Source: Paramecium tetraurelia
Taxonomy: Eukaryota
Assembly (NCBI GenBank): GCA_000165425.1
Contig: CT868059.1
Coordinates: 1-64,000, forward strand
Direction: 5' to 3'
Length of the DNA stretch: 64,000 bases
Part shown: positions 1 to 12,800 of the stretch, in pieces
How positions within the stretch are numbered: position 1 is the stretch's first letter
Layout of the letters: each line of letters starts with the position of its first letter
Translations under genes and position numbers: made by a program
Notes under the pieces: generated by a model
Told to the model about the DNA's origin: nothing
Database searches by the model: none
The model's input: the letters and a program-made list of their open reading frames with translations, nothing else

Positions 1-5
1 GGAAG

Positions 6-78
6 CCCAAACCCAAACCCAAACCCAAACCCCAACCCCAAACCCAACCCCAAACCCAAACCCAAACCCAAACCCAAA
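6..78. repeat. Macronuclear telomere, CCC(A/C)AA repeats
   Basis: About 12 tandem units, mostly CCCAAA with CCCCAA and a few 5/7-nt variants, at the contig end; Paramecium-type TT(T/G)GGG. Confidence 0.97.
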
Positions 79-183
79 GGGAGAAATTGAATAAGTGGAG
101 AATTATCTCAGGAACTTAGGACAGCAATCCTTAAAAATAAAAATTCTAAATAATTAATTTAATTCTTTATGTAAATTATAGTT

Positions 184-2476
184 TCAAATTAATGATGATG
201 TTTTATTTACGGAATTATAATTAGTGTTATCAAACCCTTTGTTTGGTTATTTTTGATAAGCAATATAATAATATTTCTAAGCCTCTTCTAATTTATTCAT
301 TTTTTTTAAAGTATCAGCTTAGATATTATGAGAATTATAACATACCTTTATTTGTATAATAGACATGATTGGCAGGATTTTTCTCAATAGCTAAATCATA
401 ATATTTTAATGCTTCTTCAAATCGATTCAATTTAATTAAAGTATTGGCTTAGATATTATGCGAATAATATATACCTTTCATCCTATAAACCTCAGAATTT
501 TCAGGGTTATTCTAAATAGCGGAATCAAAATATTCCAATGCTTCTACGAATCTACTCAGTTTATCTAAAATAGTTGCTGAGATATATAGATTTGCTAGTA
601 CCTTTCTTCAAATAGTTCATGAAATTTTCAGGGTTTTTTTAAATAGCTATGTCATATTATTTTAATGCTTCTTCAAATTTATTTAATCTCTCTAATGCAT
701 TAGCTAAAATATTATTGAATTATACCTTTGTTTGAATAATAAAAGGAAATATCAGGGTTTTTCTAAATAGCTAAGTCATAACATTCTAAAGCTTCTTATA
801 ATCTGTTTATTATATGTAAAGAACTCGCTAGAAATTATGCAGATTAACTTATACCTTTGTTAAAATAGAGAATGTGATTTTCAGGGTTTTATTAAATGGC
901 TAAATTATATTATTCCAATGCTTCTTCAATTCTATTCAATTTCTTTAATGTCATGGCTAAATTACTTGGATTATATTATACCTTTGTTGTTGTAGTAAAG
1001 TGCATTTTGAGGGTTTTTCAAAATAGCTAAATTATATTATTCCAAAGCATCTTCTTCTCTATTCATTTTATCTAATGTAATCGCTAAGATATTATAAAGG
1101 CTTAATTGTACCTTTGTTATGATAATAATCTGAATCTTCAGTGTTTTTTTAAATTGCCAAATCATAATTATATAATGCTTCTGCAAATTGATTCAGTAAA
1201 CATAAAGCATTGGCTAAGATTTAAGCGAAGAAATTATACCTTTATTATTATAATAGGTAGAATCTTCAGGGCTATGATAAATAGCTAAATCATAATATTC
1301 TAATGCTTCTGTAAATCTATTCATCTTAAATAAAGCATTGGCTGAGTTTTTTATTGTAATAAATTATACCTTTGTTATTATGATAGTTTGAATTTTCAGG
1401 ATTTTTCGAAATCGCAATGTCAAAATAATCCAATGCTTCCTCAAATCTATTCACATTCATTAAAGTTTTAGCTTAAATGTTAGTTGAATAAAATTATACC
1501 TTTGTAAAAATAGTTATCTGAATCCTCTGGTTGTTTTGAAATAGATAAATCGTAATAATTAAGTGCTTCTTTAAATCTCTTCATTCTATCTAAAACAAAA
1601 GCTAAAATATTATGATGATTCAATGATACCTTTACTCTAATAATAGAGATGATTCTCAGAGTTTTTCTAAATTGCTTTATCAAACTATTCTAATGCATCT
1701 TCTAATCTATCCAAGTCATTTAATGTAATCGCTAAGAGATTATTCAAGATATAATTGTACCTTTATTATAATAATAGACTTAATTTTCAGGATTTATCTA
1801 AATAGCTAAATTATAATAATTCAATGCTTCTTTAAATCTTTTAAGTTTATTTAACATCTCCGCTAAAAGTAATGTGTAATTCATTATACCTTTACTATTA
1901 TAATAATCGGAATTTTAAGGATTTTTCCAAATAGCTGAATCAAAATATTTTAATGCTTCCTCACATCTATTCATCATTTTTAATGTAAAAGCTTGTTATT
2001 AATCAGATTTAAATATACCTTTATTATTATAATATCCTGAAGTCTCAGGGCTTTTAAAAATGGCTATATCATAATATTTTAATGCTTCCTCAAATCTATT
2101 CATCATTTTTAATGTAAAAGCTTGTTTATTATTCAGATTGAAAATACCTTTATTATTATAATACATAGCAATTTCAGGGTTTTTTTGAATTGCTAAATCA
2201 TAATATTCCAATGCTTCTTCTAATCTATTCATTTTTCTTAAAGTATCAGCTAAGATATTATGAGAATTACAATATACCTTTATTCTCATAATATTCTGGA
2301 CTATGAGGATTTATCTTAATAGCCAAATCATAATATTTCAATGCTTCTTCAAATATGCCCATTTTTTCTAAAGCATCGGCTAATATAGATATTATGTGGA
2401 TTACCTTTTTTAAAATAATACTCAGGGTTTTATTAAATAGCTCCCCCAAATTTGTTCATTTTCTTTAATCTTAATG
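184..2476 (-). CDS. Subtelomeric TPR-array protein: 16 full TPR exons, a truncated first unit and a capping exon; 5' end unresolved
   Basis: ~129-bp period = 102-nt exon (A-x-x-L-x-K-M-N-R-F-E-E-A-L-x-Y-Y-D-L-A-I-x-K-N-P...Y-Y-x-N-K) plus ~25-29-nt phase-1 intron; TGA at 186-184. Confidence 0.9.
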
Positions 2477-2969
2477 CTAAGCTTTTTTATTATTCAAACT
2501 TTTATATTTTTTTAATTTACTTCACTTTTTTTTTTCTCCTTATCCCCAATTCCAATATTGTTTTTCATTTAAGAATCAGCATTAATTTTAAGAAATTTTG
2601 CACCTTCTATCAATATATGTTTGTTTTATTGTTGAATGAAACTTTAGTGAACATTATGCTATATAAATTAAAAAAAATTTCGAATGCAAGCTTAATTTAT
2701 AAATATTTATTCTACTTATCTTGTCTTTGAAGCCATTCTAACGATATTACATTGTTAGTTTAAATTTTAATTTATTATCTTCAAATAGAAATAAATTTTT
2801 TTCTTTTTCAATCACAAAAAATTCATACATAAAAAAATAAGTAGATTTAAATTAGAGTCACAAAGATCTTTTCAACCTGAAATATCAGATAGCCATTTAG
2901 TCTAGATACTAGAATAGACCATTGATTTTTTTTCAATAAAATTATACTCAGATATATAGGGATAAGGAT

Positions 2970-4960
2970 ATAATGACGAGACTAATTAAAATCAATACTA
3001 TCTAAACTATTGATGTGTAATTCTTGGCTTTTGAGATGTATTTGATGAAAAAATTCTTTGTGAGTTAGATCTACAATAGGCTCAATCATTTGGGTAATTT
3101 AACTGCTCTTGAAGGATATTCATTTGGAAAAGTCGATATTTTTGAAGGCTATCTAACTTTCTCAAAGGAAACAATTGAACAGCCAGAGTTGAAATATAAA
3201 ATGTCAGCAAAATTTGAAAAAGTTAGCAGAACTATAAATTTCAAAATTAGTATGTTGATTTTTATCAGTCAGATAATTCATAATTACAATTTGATTTTAA
3301 TATTAAGGTTTACTTGCAAAAACTTTAGAATGAATAGTTCAGATTATGAAATTATGAATATCTTTATGTTAGATTGAAAGCTGCCAACCTTTTTCAGTAT
3401 TTCTATATGTTTATTTATTTTCCAATATTTATTTGATTTTATTGCTATATTAAAGACATGATATCAAGAATCATAAAGGATTTTCTGAAAAATTTTTTTT
3501 TAAATACCATAATATTAGTAAAATTAATGATTTCAAATCTTTAAAGGGCAAATCCAGTTTATTTAATGGTAGTCCTTATTAATCTCAAAAAATAATTTCC
3601 ATTTTTTTATTAAGAATATGATCTGTCTTAATGAACGATAAATTGATTGATGATCATAGATATTCAAAATTGTTTCCACTCTTGATACTTCCTACAACTT
3701 TAAAATTGTATTTGAAATCTCTTAACTAACTTCCATCCATATGAAATATTTCCACCCTTTTCACTCTTTAAATGTTAAAAATAAACATTTTTTGCTGTTC
3801 TTCATTCTGATATATTCATGAATCATAAAATACCCAAATAATATCTTGCTTTCTATGATAAGATAAAACAAAAACTATAAATTTCAAACCTAGCTTCAGT
3901 TCTAGATAAATACTCAAACCGAAAAAGCTTGTAAAAAATTAAAATAAATATTTATACTAAAATAGGTACCAATTATTAGATAAAGAATATCAATTAATAA
4001 AATCACTCTTCTTATATCATATTTCAATATCAAAACTAATCTATCCTAAAGTCAAAAACATAATAAGTTTAAAGTTATGTTTTGTTTATACTAATAAAGC
4101 TAATTGTGTATTTTAAATACAATAAAAAGTTTGATACTTGATTTATTATTTATATTAAATCTAATACAAAATTTGATCGAATTGCATCAAGTTCGAATTT
4201 TAAAATTATGTGAATAAATGTCTTAATTTAACGATCCGTTTTCCTTTAACAAAAGGGTTGAGATATATCTAGAAATTTACATGTTGATTTTAATTTAATC
4301 TTAGGAAGCTTACCCTATAGAAGTAATTAAAAAGTAGTTATAAATTAAAAAATTGAAAAGTTTATTACCTAAGAAATAAATGTGTGAAATGGAAGCTTCA
4401 ACACTTCAATCATACATAATTTTATATTGAAATAAAATTAAGAATTTATAATTGCTATTTATATATATTGTTGAGCTTAGTATCAATTCTAAGTAAACAT
4501 GATAATTAAAGGGTTAAATCATTAACTAAAAGTGCTATCTAAGAATAGACTAATATTCATAATTCCACATTTTTTCTTTATTGTTCTAAATCTATGATAT
4601 TAAGTAAACTTATAGATCTTGTCAATCCCTAATAAATGTTAAAAAATAGCCAATTTCCATTTAAGAAGTTCTGTACTTTGCAATAACTTAGATATTTCGA
4701 AAACTAATCATTATTTTAAATGAAAAGTAAAAATTGAATTTGAAGATATTGGTGAAAAGGAAACTGATCTTTAGAATAACAAATTCTGCAAGGCACTTAA
4801 AAACCATCTCGATATTTGAATAGGGAGTTAAAATTTAATTGATGACATACAAATATCTGCTGAAAGGATTCTCCATTATGAAATATTTGAAGATCAAAAT
4901 AGAAAAATTTTCATATATTTGTCAACAAAGCTATTTGAATTTGAGATATTTTCATTTTTT
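2970..4960 (+). pseudogene. Possible decayed subtelomeric coding remnants
   Basis: Coding-like stretches (about 3090-3377 and 4594-4730) interrupted by TGA or frame changes; no coherent model found. Confidence 0.25.
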
Positions 4961-5058
4961 AACTAGGTCCTCCTTCTAAAATGGTTATGTTTAAAGAAGA
5001 GTGACTTAATATAAATATCAATGGATGTATTGAAATTAATATTATGAATAATAATATA

Positions 5059-6238
5059 TCATTAATAAACATCATCGTCATCTTCTTCATCCATTGGTCC
5101 GTCATTTCCGCCAGGTGGTTGTTGATTAGGGGGATTAGCTTGTTCTCTTTGAACATGTTAGGCTAAATTTAGTGAAAGAACTTACTAAAAAGATCTCCAT
5201 TTGCTTGTTTCTCAAATAAATAGTTAATTGCCATTTCCACATTTTTATCACATGCTATATAACCTTCTAAAGAGTCTTATTTAGTAAAACCGAGTTACAT
5301 AATCTAAAATAGAATCAATATAAGTACAGTTTCAATATCTTTAAATTCTTATTAAGTCAATTAGATAGATCCTGGAGGGGGGCCCTATTATTATCCTGCA
5401 CCCATAAGCATTTGTAATAACATTTCAGGGTTTTATGAAACTTAAGCGTGTAACTCTGGATTTGTCTATTAAATTTGTTGCAACAATTAAGGTAATAATT
5501 AGAGAACGGCTTATGGATTCTATTAGTACAACTATCTGAGTTATTAGATTTAATTTGGCTAACCAACTGGCTATTGTGCTGCAGGTGGTTATCCTTATCC
5601 GCTAGCAACTGGAGCAGGAGGATGTGATGTAACACCAGGAGGAATGCCCTAATTATAGAATTTAAAATACATTTAATAAGTATTCAACAGCTCTATCAGG
5701 GTTATTGAATGCTGCCTTCATAGCATTTACGCATTCCTCTCTTTGGAATCCCATAGACATTAACTACTCGATAGCTTTGTCATACTCTGGACCGGATAGC
5801 AATCCTGTTCCAGATCCAGCTGGTTTAGCAACTGGAGCAACTTAAGGTTGAGGCTATTATTGTGGGGGTAATTATTAAGCAGGTTATTAAGCTGGCTGTT
5901 ATTAAACAGGCTATTAGGCAGGTGGTTGTTAGGCTGGTTATGGCTACTGAGGTGCTGATTTCTAAGAATATTTTAAATAATTTTAATTACTTTGGCATTA
6001 ACCATGACTACTAAAAATTCGTTTTCTTAAATTCCCAATTCTGCAATAGTGGTTTTATCATCTAAGAGTGTACCTTTTCTTAATAATTTTTGTTGACCAA
6101 CTTCAAATTATTTCACTTAAAAGATCTTTTCTTTCACATCTGAAATCTAAAATATTTTGATTAATTATATACTGTGTCTGATCCTTCCACATCTAAAGGA
6201 AAGTTTTATCCGCTTAATGTTTTAATAATAATTTTCAT
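5059..6238 (-). CDS. RAD23: UV excision repair protein RAD23 (UBL-UBA-XPC binding-UBA)
   Basis: [53 protein letters not shown]1; [47 protein letters not shown]2. Confidence 0.95.
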
Positions 6239-6322
6239 AATTTAAATATTAAAATTCAGATTGGGATATATTTTTGTATATATTTTATAATAGCATATTA
6301 TAATAACAGCTATAAATTCTGG

Positions 6323-6751
6323 TCAATTAAAAGGATCTAATAATAACTATTTTTAACTTTCCTTATCATTATTTAACTCCTTTTACTCTATTTTGATAAG
6401 TTATTCACTATTTTCTTGATAAATCATAATATTGTCATTCGTCGATATTGAATGGATTACCTTATATTTTCTCTGAGGCTTAGAAATAATGCATAATTCA
6501 CTCAACAAAATAGCTACTTTCTTCCTATCCATTTATTTGCATAACATTATGTATTCTTTGAAAACTGAGAAGTCAGGTTGATGATTTTGGAAATATATTT
6601 TATTGTTAATAAGATTGACTCAAATAATCAATTCAAATATATTTTTACGGAATAATTCTTAATTAAAACATCAAATATTACCGAAAATAAAGTATAGATT
6701 CAAATACTATATCCAAGAAACTATTGATTTAATTTCTAAAGATTTCTCCAT
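6323..6751 (-). CDS. Small hypothetical protein
   Basis: Open code-6 frame ...FSVFKEYIMLCKQMDRKKVAILLSELCII...LLLDPFN*; 5' exon structure uncertain. Confidence 0.5.
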
Positions 6752-6807
6752 TCAAAACTGTATTTGATAAAATATATAAAGATTGTAATAATCATATGGA
6801 AATATTG

Positions 6808-9800
6808 TCATTATTGTTTCTTGGTTTTCTTTTTGCTAAAGAATTTTTCTAAAGCTTAAATATCAGATTCATTGTCTAGATCCATCATTTCTTCTACATT
6901 TAGTGGTTCTAAACTAGTAATAATCTAAGCTTTTTTTCTAAAAATAATAGTTAGTTTCTTACTGCTGTTGAATAACAATCCCAAGATTAATTTTCATATC
7001 ACTTATTGCCTCTGCAACTAATTATTATCTTCGCTTTAATAGAACACTATCATGGTCTATTCTTGCTGTTGGATCTCCAATGGAAAACTTAAACTCTGTA
7101 TTTTTGAACATCAAATATAATGAATCAGCTATTTTGGAGATTGATTTTAATAAAAATTGGTAATCATTACCAACTTTTGGCCTATGGATATTATTGTAAT
7201 TTACTCTATAAATTCATTCCAAAATAATGCGATAGGTCTAGTAGTATCAGGACAATCGAAACAATGTAACCATGCTCTAATACGGATGTCACTAGCTAAA
7301 TTTAATTCAATTTCTCCCTTCATTTATGTTCTATAGGCAAAGTATTCTCGAAAAGCTGATTACATGCTTAAAGCCCATTTATTGAGCATGCATTTATTTG
7401 GTAGTGCTGATATTTTTTGAACCATCAAAGGAGGTAATTTCATGACTTCCAAAATTAATTAAGATTTTATATTAGAAGAAAGTGCTTTTACAACAGATCT
7501 CCATCCATTTCGATTTGTTCTGATATCTTTTTTATCAATAGTAATATCTTTTAATGGAGCACCACCTTTCAACTCAAGAATTTGTTTGCCTGGCTTTAAT
7601 TGATAGACAGGAATCGAACCATATGCACATGAGATCTATATTAGTCTTCCTTTATTAACGGAATAAGTAATGAATTCAAAAACCATCTCCTTTAAGTTAT
7701 CCAACTTTTCATCAAAATTACCCCATCTCATTAAGATGGCCTACTCCATAGCTGGTTATTCAAAAACCCATCTATCTTCATATTCTGGATTCCAAGCAGC
7801 AGGAATATAAACAGCATTACCTTCATACTTATTAATTGCTTTATCTATTAGGATGATGCCTATTTCTCTTCTCAAGAATGAACCCCTAGGTACATCTTTT
7901 TCATCTGGAATAGGTATTCCTGTTGCTTCAATCAATCTAATTTCTGCTAAGAAATTATTTTTAATATTAACTTTATCAAGAATGCTTTGTTTAATATTGA
8001 AATTAGATGCTTCAACATAATTTAGACCTTAATAAAAAAATCCACAATTATCAAGAACTGGTTTTAGTTAAGAGGATGGAAGATTTTGTAGTTTTTTATT
8101 TTATCCCCTAACAAAACTCATAATAAAGTTTTAAGGTAATTATAAGAAAATCTCTTTCAAATCATGTAATGAGATTCTTCTGCTACCCTTGATATTCATT
8201 ACTGCAGCTGAAGCTTTGGCTGACATTCCTGATTAGTTTTTTTGTATGAAATAAATAAATTCATCTATATCAATGGATCCAGATTTATCCTCATCTATTT
8301 CAACGAATAAATCTGTTAGTTCTTCATTTTTAATAAGTACTCCCATATTTTAGAATACTTAGCTCACTTGCTCTTTAGATAACATTCTTGTAGTTGGATT
8401 ACAAACTTATCTGAATTCTCTTCTCAAATCTTCTAATAAGTCATCTGCTTGCAGAAGTTCTTTTTTTAGGATATCTTTAACTATATGCGAGAATTCCTAA
8501 TATGATATTGTTCCACTTCTGTCTCGATCAAACTGAGCAAAATACTAAGATAACTCTTCAGTTCCAGGATTTAAACCTACAGATTGAAGAGCCTTTAGCA
8601 ATTCCCTTTAGTCTAGTTATTGATTTTTGTTTTCATCAATTTGGTTAAATAAATCCAAAATTTCTTATTCTATATCTTAACTTTAGACAATATTATCGGC
8701 TTATTTTTTTATTTATTATTCTGTTTATTTTGACTGAAACACTAATCTAAATTCATTAATAGAAATATGTCCACTAGAATTAGCATCTAGGTAATCATAT
8801 AGTTCTTCGCATTGAGTAGCAGATAATCCAAATTAAGCATCTAATGCTTTTTTAGTAAATTAAACTCTATCAATTGTGCTATTTGAATTCGGAGGGAAGA
8901 AATAAAGTGCAAAGTCATCATATGTTTTACTTCTCTTCTTCAAAAATTCATTTATTATAGGGAGCATCTTATTGAATTTTTCTTTGTTTTGAGTATTCAA
9001 TATAGACTTACGTTAATCCTTTTATGCTAAACCAAATTGTTATTTCTCATCCTCTTAGCTATATTAATTGATTTTAGTTCGATCCACATTTAAAAATTTG
9101 GCTAAATCGCTCAAATTTATGAACCCATTCTATTACAATAATTATTTAATTGATTTGATTTCATCGGCTGATATAGACCCTATTAATTTCTTACTTACAC
9201 TCAAAAAATCATTAAAGGGTATTTGATTGTATCCTCTTTTATCTAGTTGCTCAAAAAGATTGAAGCAATTTTTAGCTAATACTGCTTCTGATAGATGTAA
9301 TAAAAATGAATCTAGTACTGATTATAAAGCAGGATCTTTAGATTGAGTATCCTACTTTTATGGAATTACAATCTAATTTAAATTTAGAACTTCCTCGTAA
9401 ATCTTAAATGTTATCAAACCCTTTTACTCAGTATCCCAATACTAAAATGCTTCCCTCAATTCTCTTTCATTCAAACCAATTTTTAAATTGCTATTGATCT
9501 TATCTAATTATTTAATTTGCCAAGTGGGTTGATTCTCTCCAATTAGACCCCAAAGTTATTGTTTTGTATATTGTTTATGTTTGATCATAGTGAAGTTAAG
9601 TGCTTTGGCTAAAAGTTTACCAGGATTATTCATCTTTAAATATGGTAAAACTATCCCCATTTGATTTTACCCTTATGAATAATAGTAGTAATATTATTAG
9701 ACATGAGGTGTTGGTGCTAGTATTTCTAAAAATTAAAATGCCAATTCTAATTGATCAGGCCTTGATATTTTTAATTCTGGAAGTGGTGTTTCATCATATT

Positions 9801-12800
9801 GACACAGTAAATCAAAGAGATCAATATTTTTTTAGATGCACTTTTTTTGTATTTCTTAATCATAGAAATTTAGATCAAATTCAATAGGAATTTAAGATTA
9901 TTAAGGTTGAGGTTTGGCAGCTCTGGATTAATTAGGATCATATTTTTAAGAATATTGATCTTATCCTTGTGATACCCAGCTTTATTCAAATTTAGCATTC
10001 TGAACCCATTCTTGCTTTTTATCGAATTCTTATGGAACCTGTTTATTATACATTGTATTTTAAGGAGGATAGGCAATAGAACTATTAGGGATGGATGCAT
10101 TAAATGAAGCTTCCTATTGATTATATTATGGATTATATTATTAGTATTATTATTATTATTACGGTAACTAATTATTATATTAAGGTTTCTATTAACCATT
10201 ATATTAAGACTATTAAGCATTATATTAAGGTTATTACCCAGGAAATTATTGTTATTACCCAGGAAATTATTATTATTATTATCCAGGAAATTGTTGTTAT
10301 TATCCAGGAAATTGTTATTATTATCCTGGATATTGTTGTTATTGTCCATATTGCATTTATTAACCATTTTATTATTATTATTATTAATACTGAGGTTATT
10401 AAAATTGAGGAGGTTCTTAAAATTAAGAAGGTTAAGGTTAAACGTTTTATTGATATGGTTATTATTGAGGAATCTACACTTATGGTTATGATTATGATTA
10501 GATAGATTATTATCTTTATTACTATTTAAAGCCTAAGATAAATCTAAATTAATCTAATTTTTCTGAATATTCTTAATCAAAATATCTAAAAAATTAATCT
10601 AATTCAAGCATCGAGTATTTTTAAAAATAATTGATATAATTCGCAAATTGTTTAAATTCGATAAATTAAGATCCTTATGAAATGATTAGAAATAAATCAG
10701 ATAATTATTATTCCATCTGTGGATTGCGGCCATTTAACATTACTAATTTCATTTCCTGAATTTATTTAGCAGTGATTTCATTTCTTTTATATATTTAATA
10801 TTCAAACTCTGTGAAATTAATTTTACCATCTTTATCCATGTCAAATATATCAAATAGTTATTTTTAATTATCAACAGTCGTACTGTATCCAATAGTCTTC
10901 AAAAGTAAGGCAGTAAATTCTTCAAATGATATGAAGTTATTTTTATCCTTGTCAGTCTACCTATACATTGCAAGGAGAGTGCACACCTCCTTCTCTAGAT
11001 ATTGAGTAAAACTTTTAACAATTCTATCAATTTCCTAATTTGTATTGAGCACCAAGACCTTCCTACTCTCCTTGTACTTGGCTAATCCTAAGTTAATGAA
11101 ATCGTTGAAGGCATAATAATCGATGTAATCTTGAGCATCCTATTCTATTATTGTGAGTAATAGTTCCCATTCATTATCATTCAAAGCAATTGATTTGTCA
11201 GTCATTCCCATCTTAAGTGCTTTTACTTTGACCTTTCCCTTATGATTGATATCAAACTCCTAAGAAATCTCGATTACATTAGTGTTTTTGTTTTTGAGTT
11301 GGTCTCTTAACTTGGTAGCAATGGCCTCTATTTTAGTGGAAGGTGTTTCAACTTAATATTGCTTAGCTTTTAAACAAAAGATTTTGTAGTTGACGTTGTT
11401 ACCTTGTAATGCACCTAATTAATCAGCCAAGGCCTTCATTTCAAGCAATTAAATATTGGGACCATTATTTTTCTTGAGTACCATGATAAAGGTGTCTAAA
11501 TCTAATTTATTGGTATAATTTTCATCTCTTATTTCAAACTCTCCCAACAAGGCTGGAGAATCTTTAGCAAATTTCATTACATCATCAAATATACTCAACT
11601 ATTATTTATTGATTGTTGCCATAACCCTAGGCTTATCTTTGGTACACACTTTAGATTTGAATTCACTGATACTTATTGACCCATCCTAATTGGAATCAAG
11701 AAGTAAGAACAAATTATCAACTGGTTTATTCCTTGACATGGGATCGATGTCTCTAATCAATTTATAGAATTCTTGTTTATCTAAAACGTCATTTCCATTT
11801 TGATCATAATTATAAAACAGTGATGCTGTTGCCACCTTACCTGATTAAATAGTTTAATTCAAATTAATCAATAATTACTCCGCTTCTTCACAATCATGCA
11901 TCAGAACTGCCAATTTATCATATTGCAAAAACTTCTTATCTTCTGGGGATAGTAAATATTAAGCCAACTATTTGAATTCCTGGAATTCAAAGCCTAAACT
12001 CACTATGATATCTTAGAAGGCATTTAGCAAGATCTATCCTCTTCCTTTTTTATCAAATATCTCCAAGGATTCGTTATTTTCCCTTAAAGCATCTTTTAAT
12101 CGAAAGACTGCTTTCATAATCTAAGGAGTTAATTGTTTTGCAAATGTTTATGCGGTCTGTTTATATTTATATTTTGTCTATTATTGCTCTGATATGTCAT
12201 TTTCTTAATGTGATATCTTTTGCTTAAATTCATATAAGTTAATTGTATTGTCTCCATTGGCATCCAATTTTAAAAACAAAGATTCTACAATCTTTTAATC
12301 AACATCTCCTACTAATTACACAAGAAATTCAGCAAATTCTCTTAATTCTAATTTTGTATTTCTATTCGCATCATACTTCTTAAATACCTATTCAGGTTTG
12401 CTTTATTCATATGCTAATTCTGTATTGATATCTGATAATAGTTTATTTGAGGCTTCATCAAGTTTCAAACCCTATTTTAGTTTATGCAATGATATGTTTT
12501 ATTAATCCTATTGGATACTGGTTAAGAAATCTTAGAATTGATTATCTCCTGTATCTAATTACAATTGTTTATTGACAAAGTCTTGGAACTGCTTTTTTCG
12601 AATATATCCATCTCCCAAAGTGTCCAGATCCTCAATGTCTGCAAATGTGATTCTCTTCTTCTTCATCTATTTATTGAGCTACTCCAGAAACATAATAGCT
12701 TTATGTTGACTGTACCTATACTGCTCTATTTTTTTATCCTTATAATACAGTATTGCCTCAATGAGTAAATCAACATCAACTAATGACTTATCATGTGGTA

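Noticed and set aside
1..5. GGAAG outside the telomere
   Set aside because: Five bases only; most likely an adapter or assembly remnant
184..2476. ~129-bp periodic array read as CRISPR or satellite
   Set aside because: The units translate as TPRs with GT-AG introns; there are no identical repeats with unique spacers and no cas genes
9870..10505. Poly-Asn, poly-Ile and poly-Leu ORFs in the ORF track
   Set aside because: Off-frame or antisense shadows of the TAA-encoded poly-Gln linker of the giant minus-strand gene
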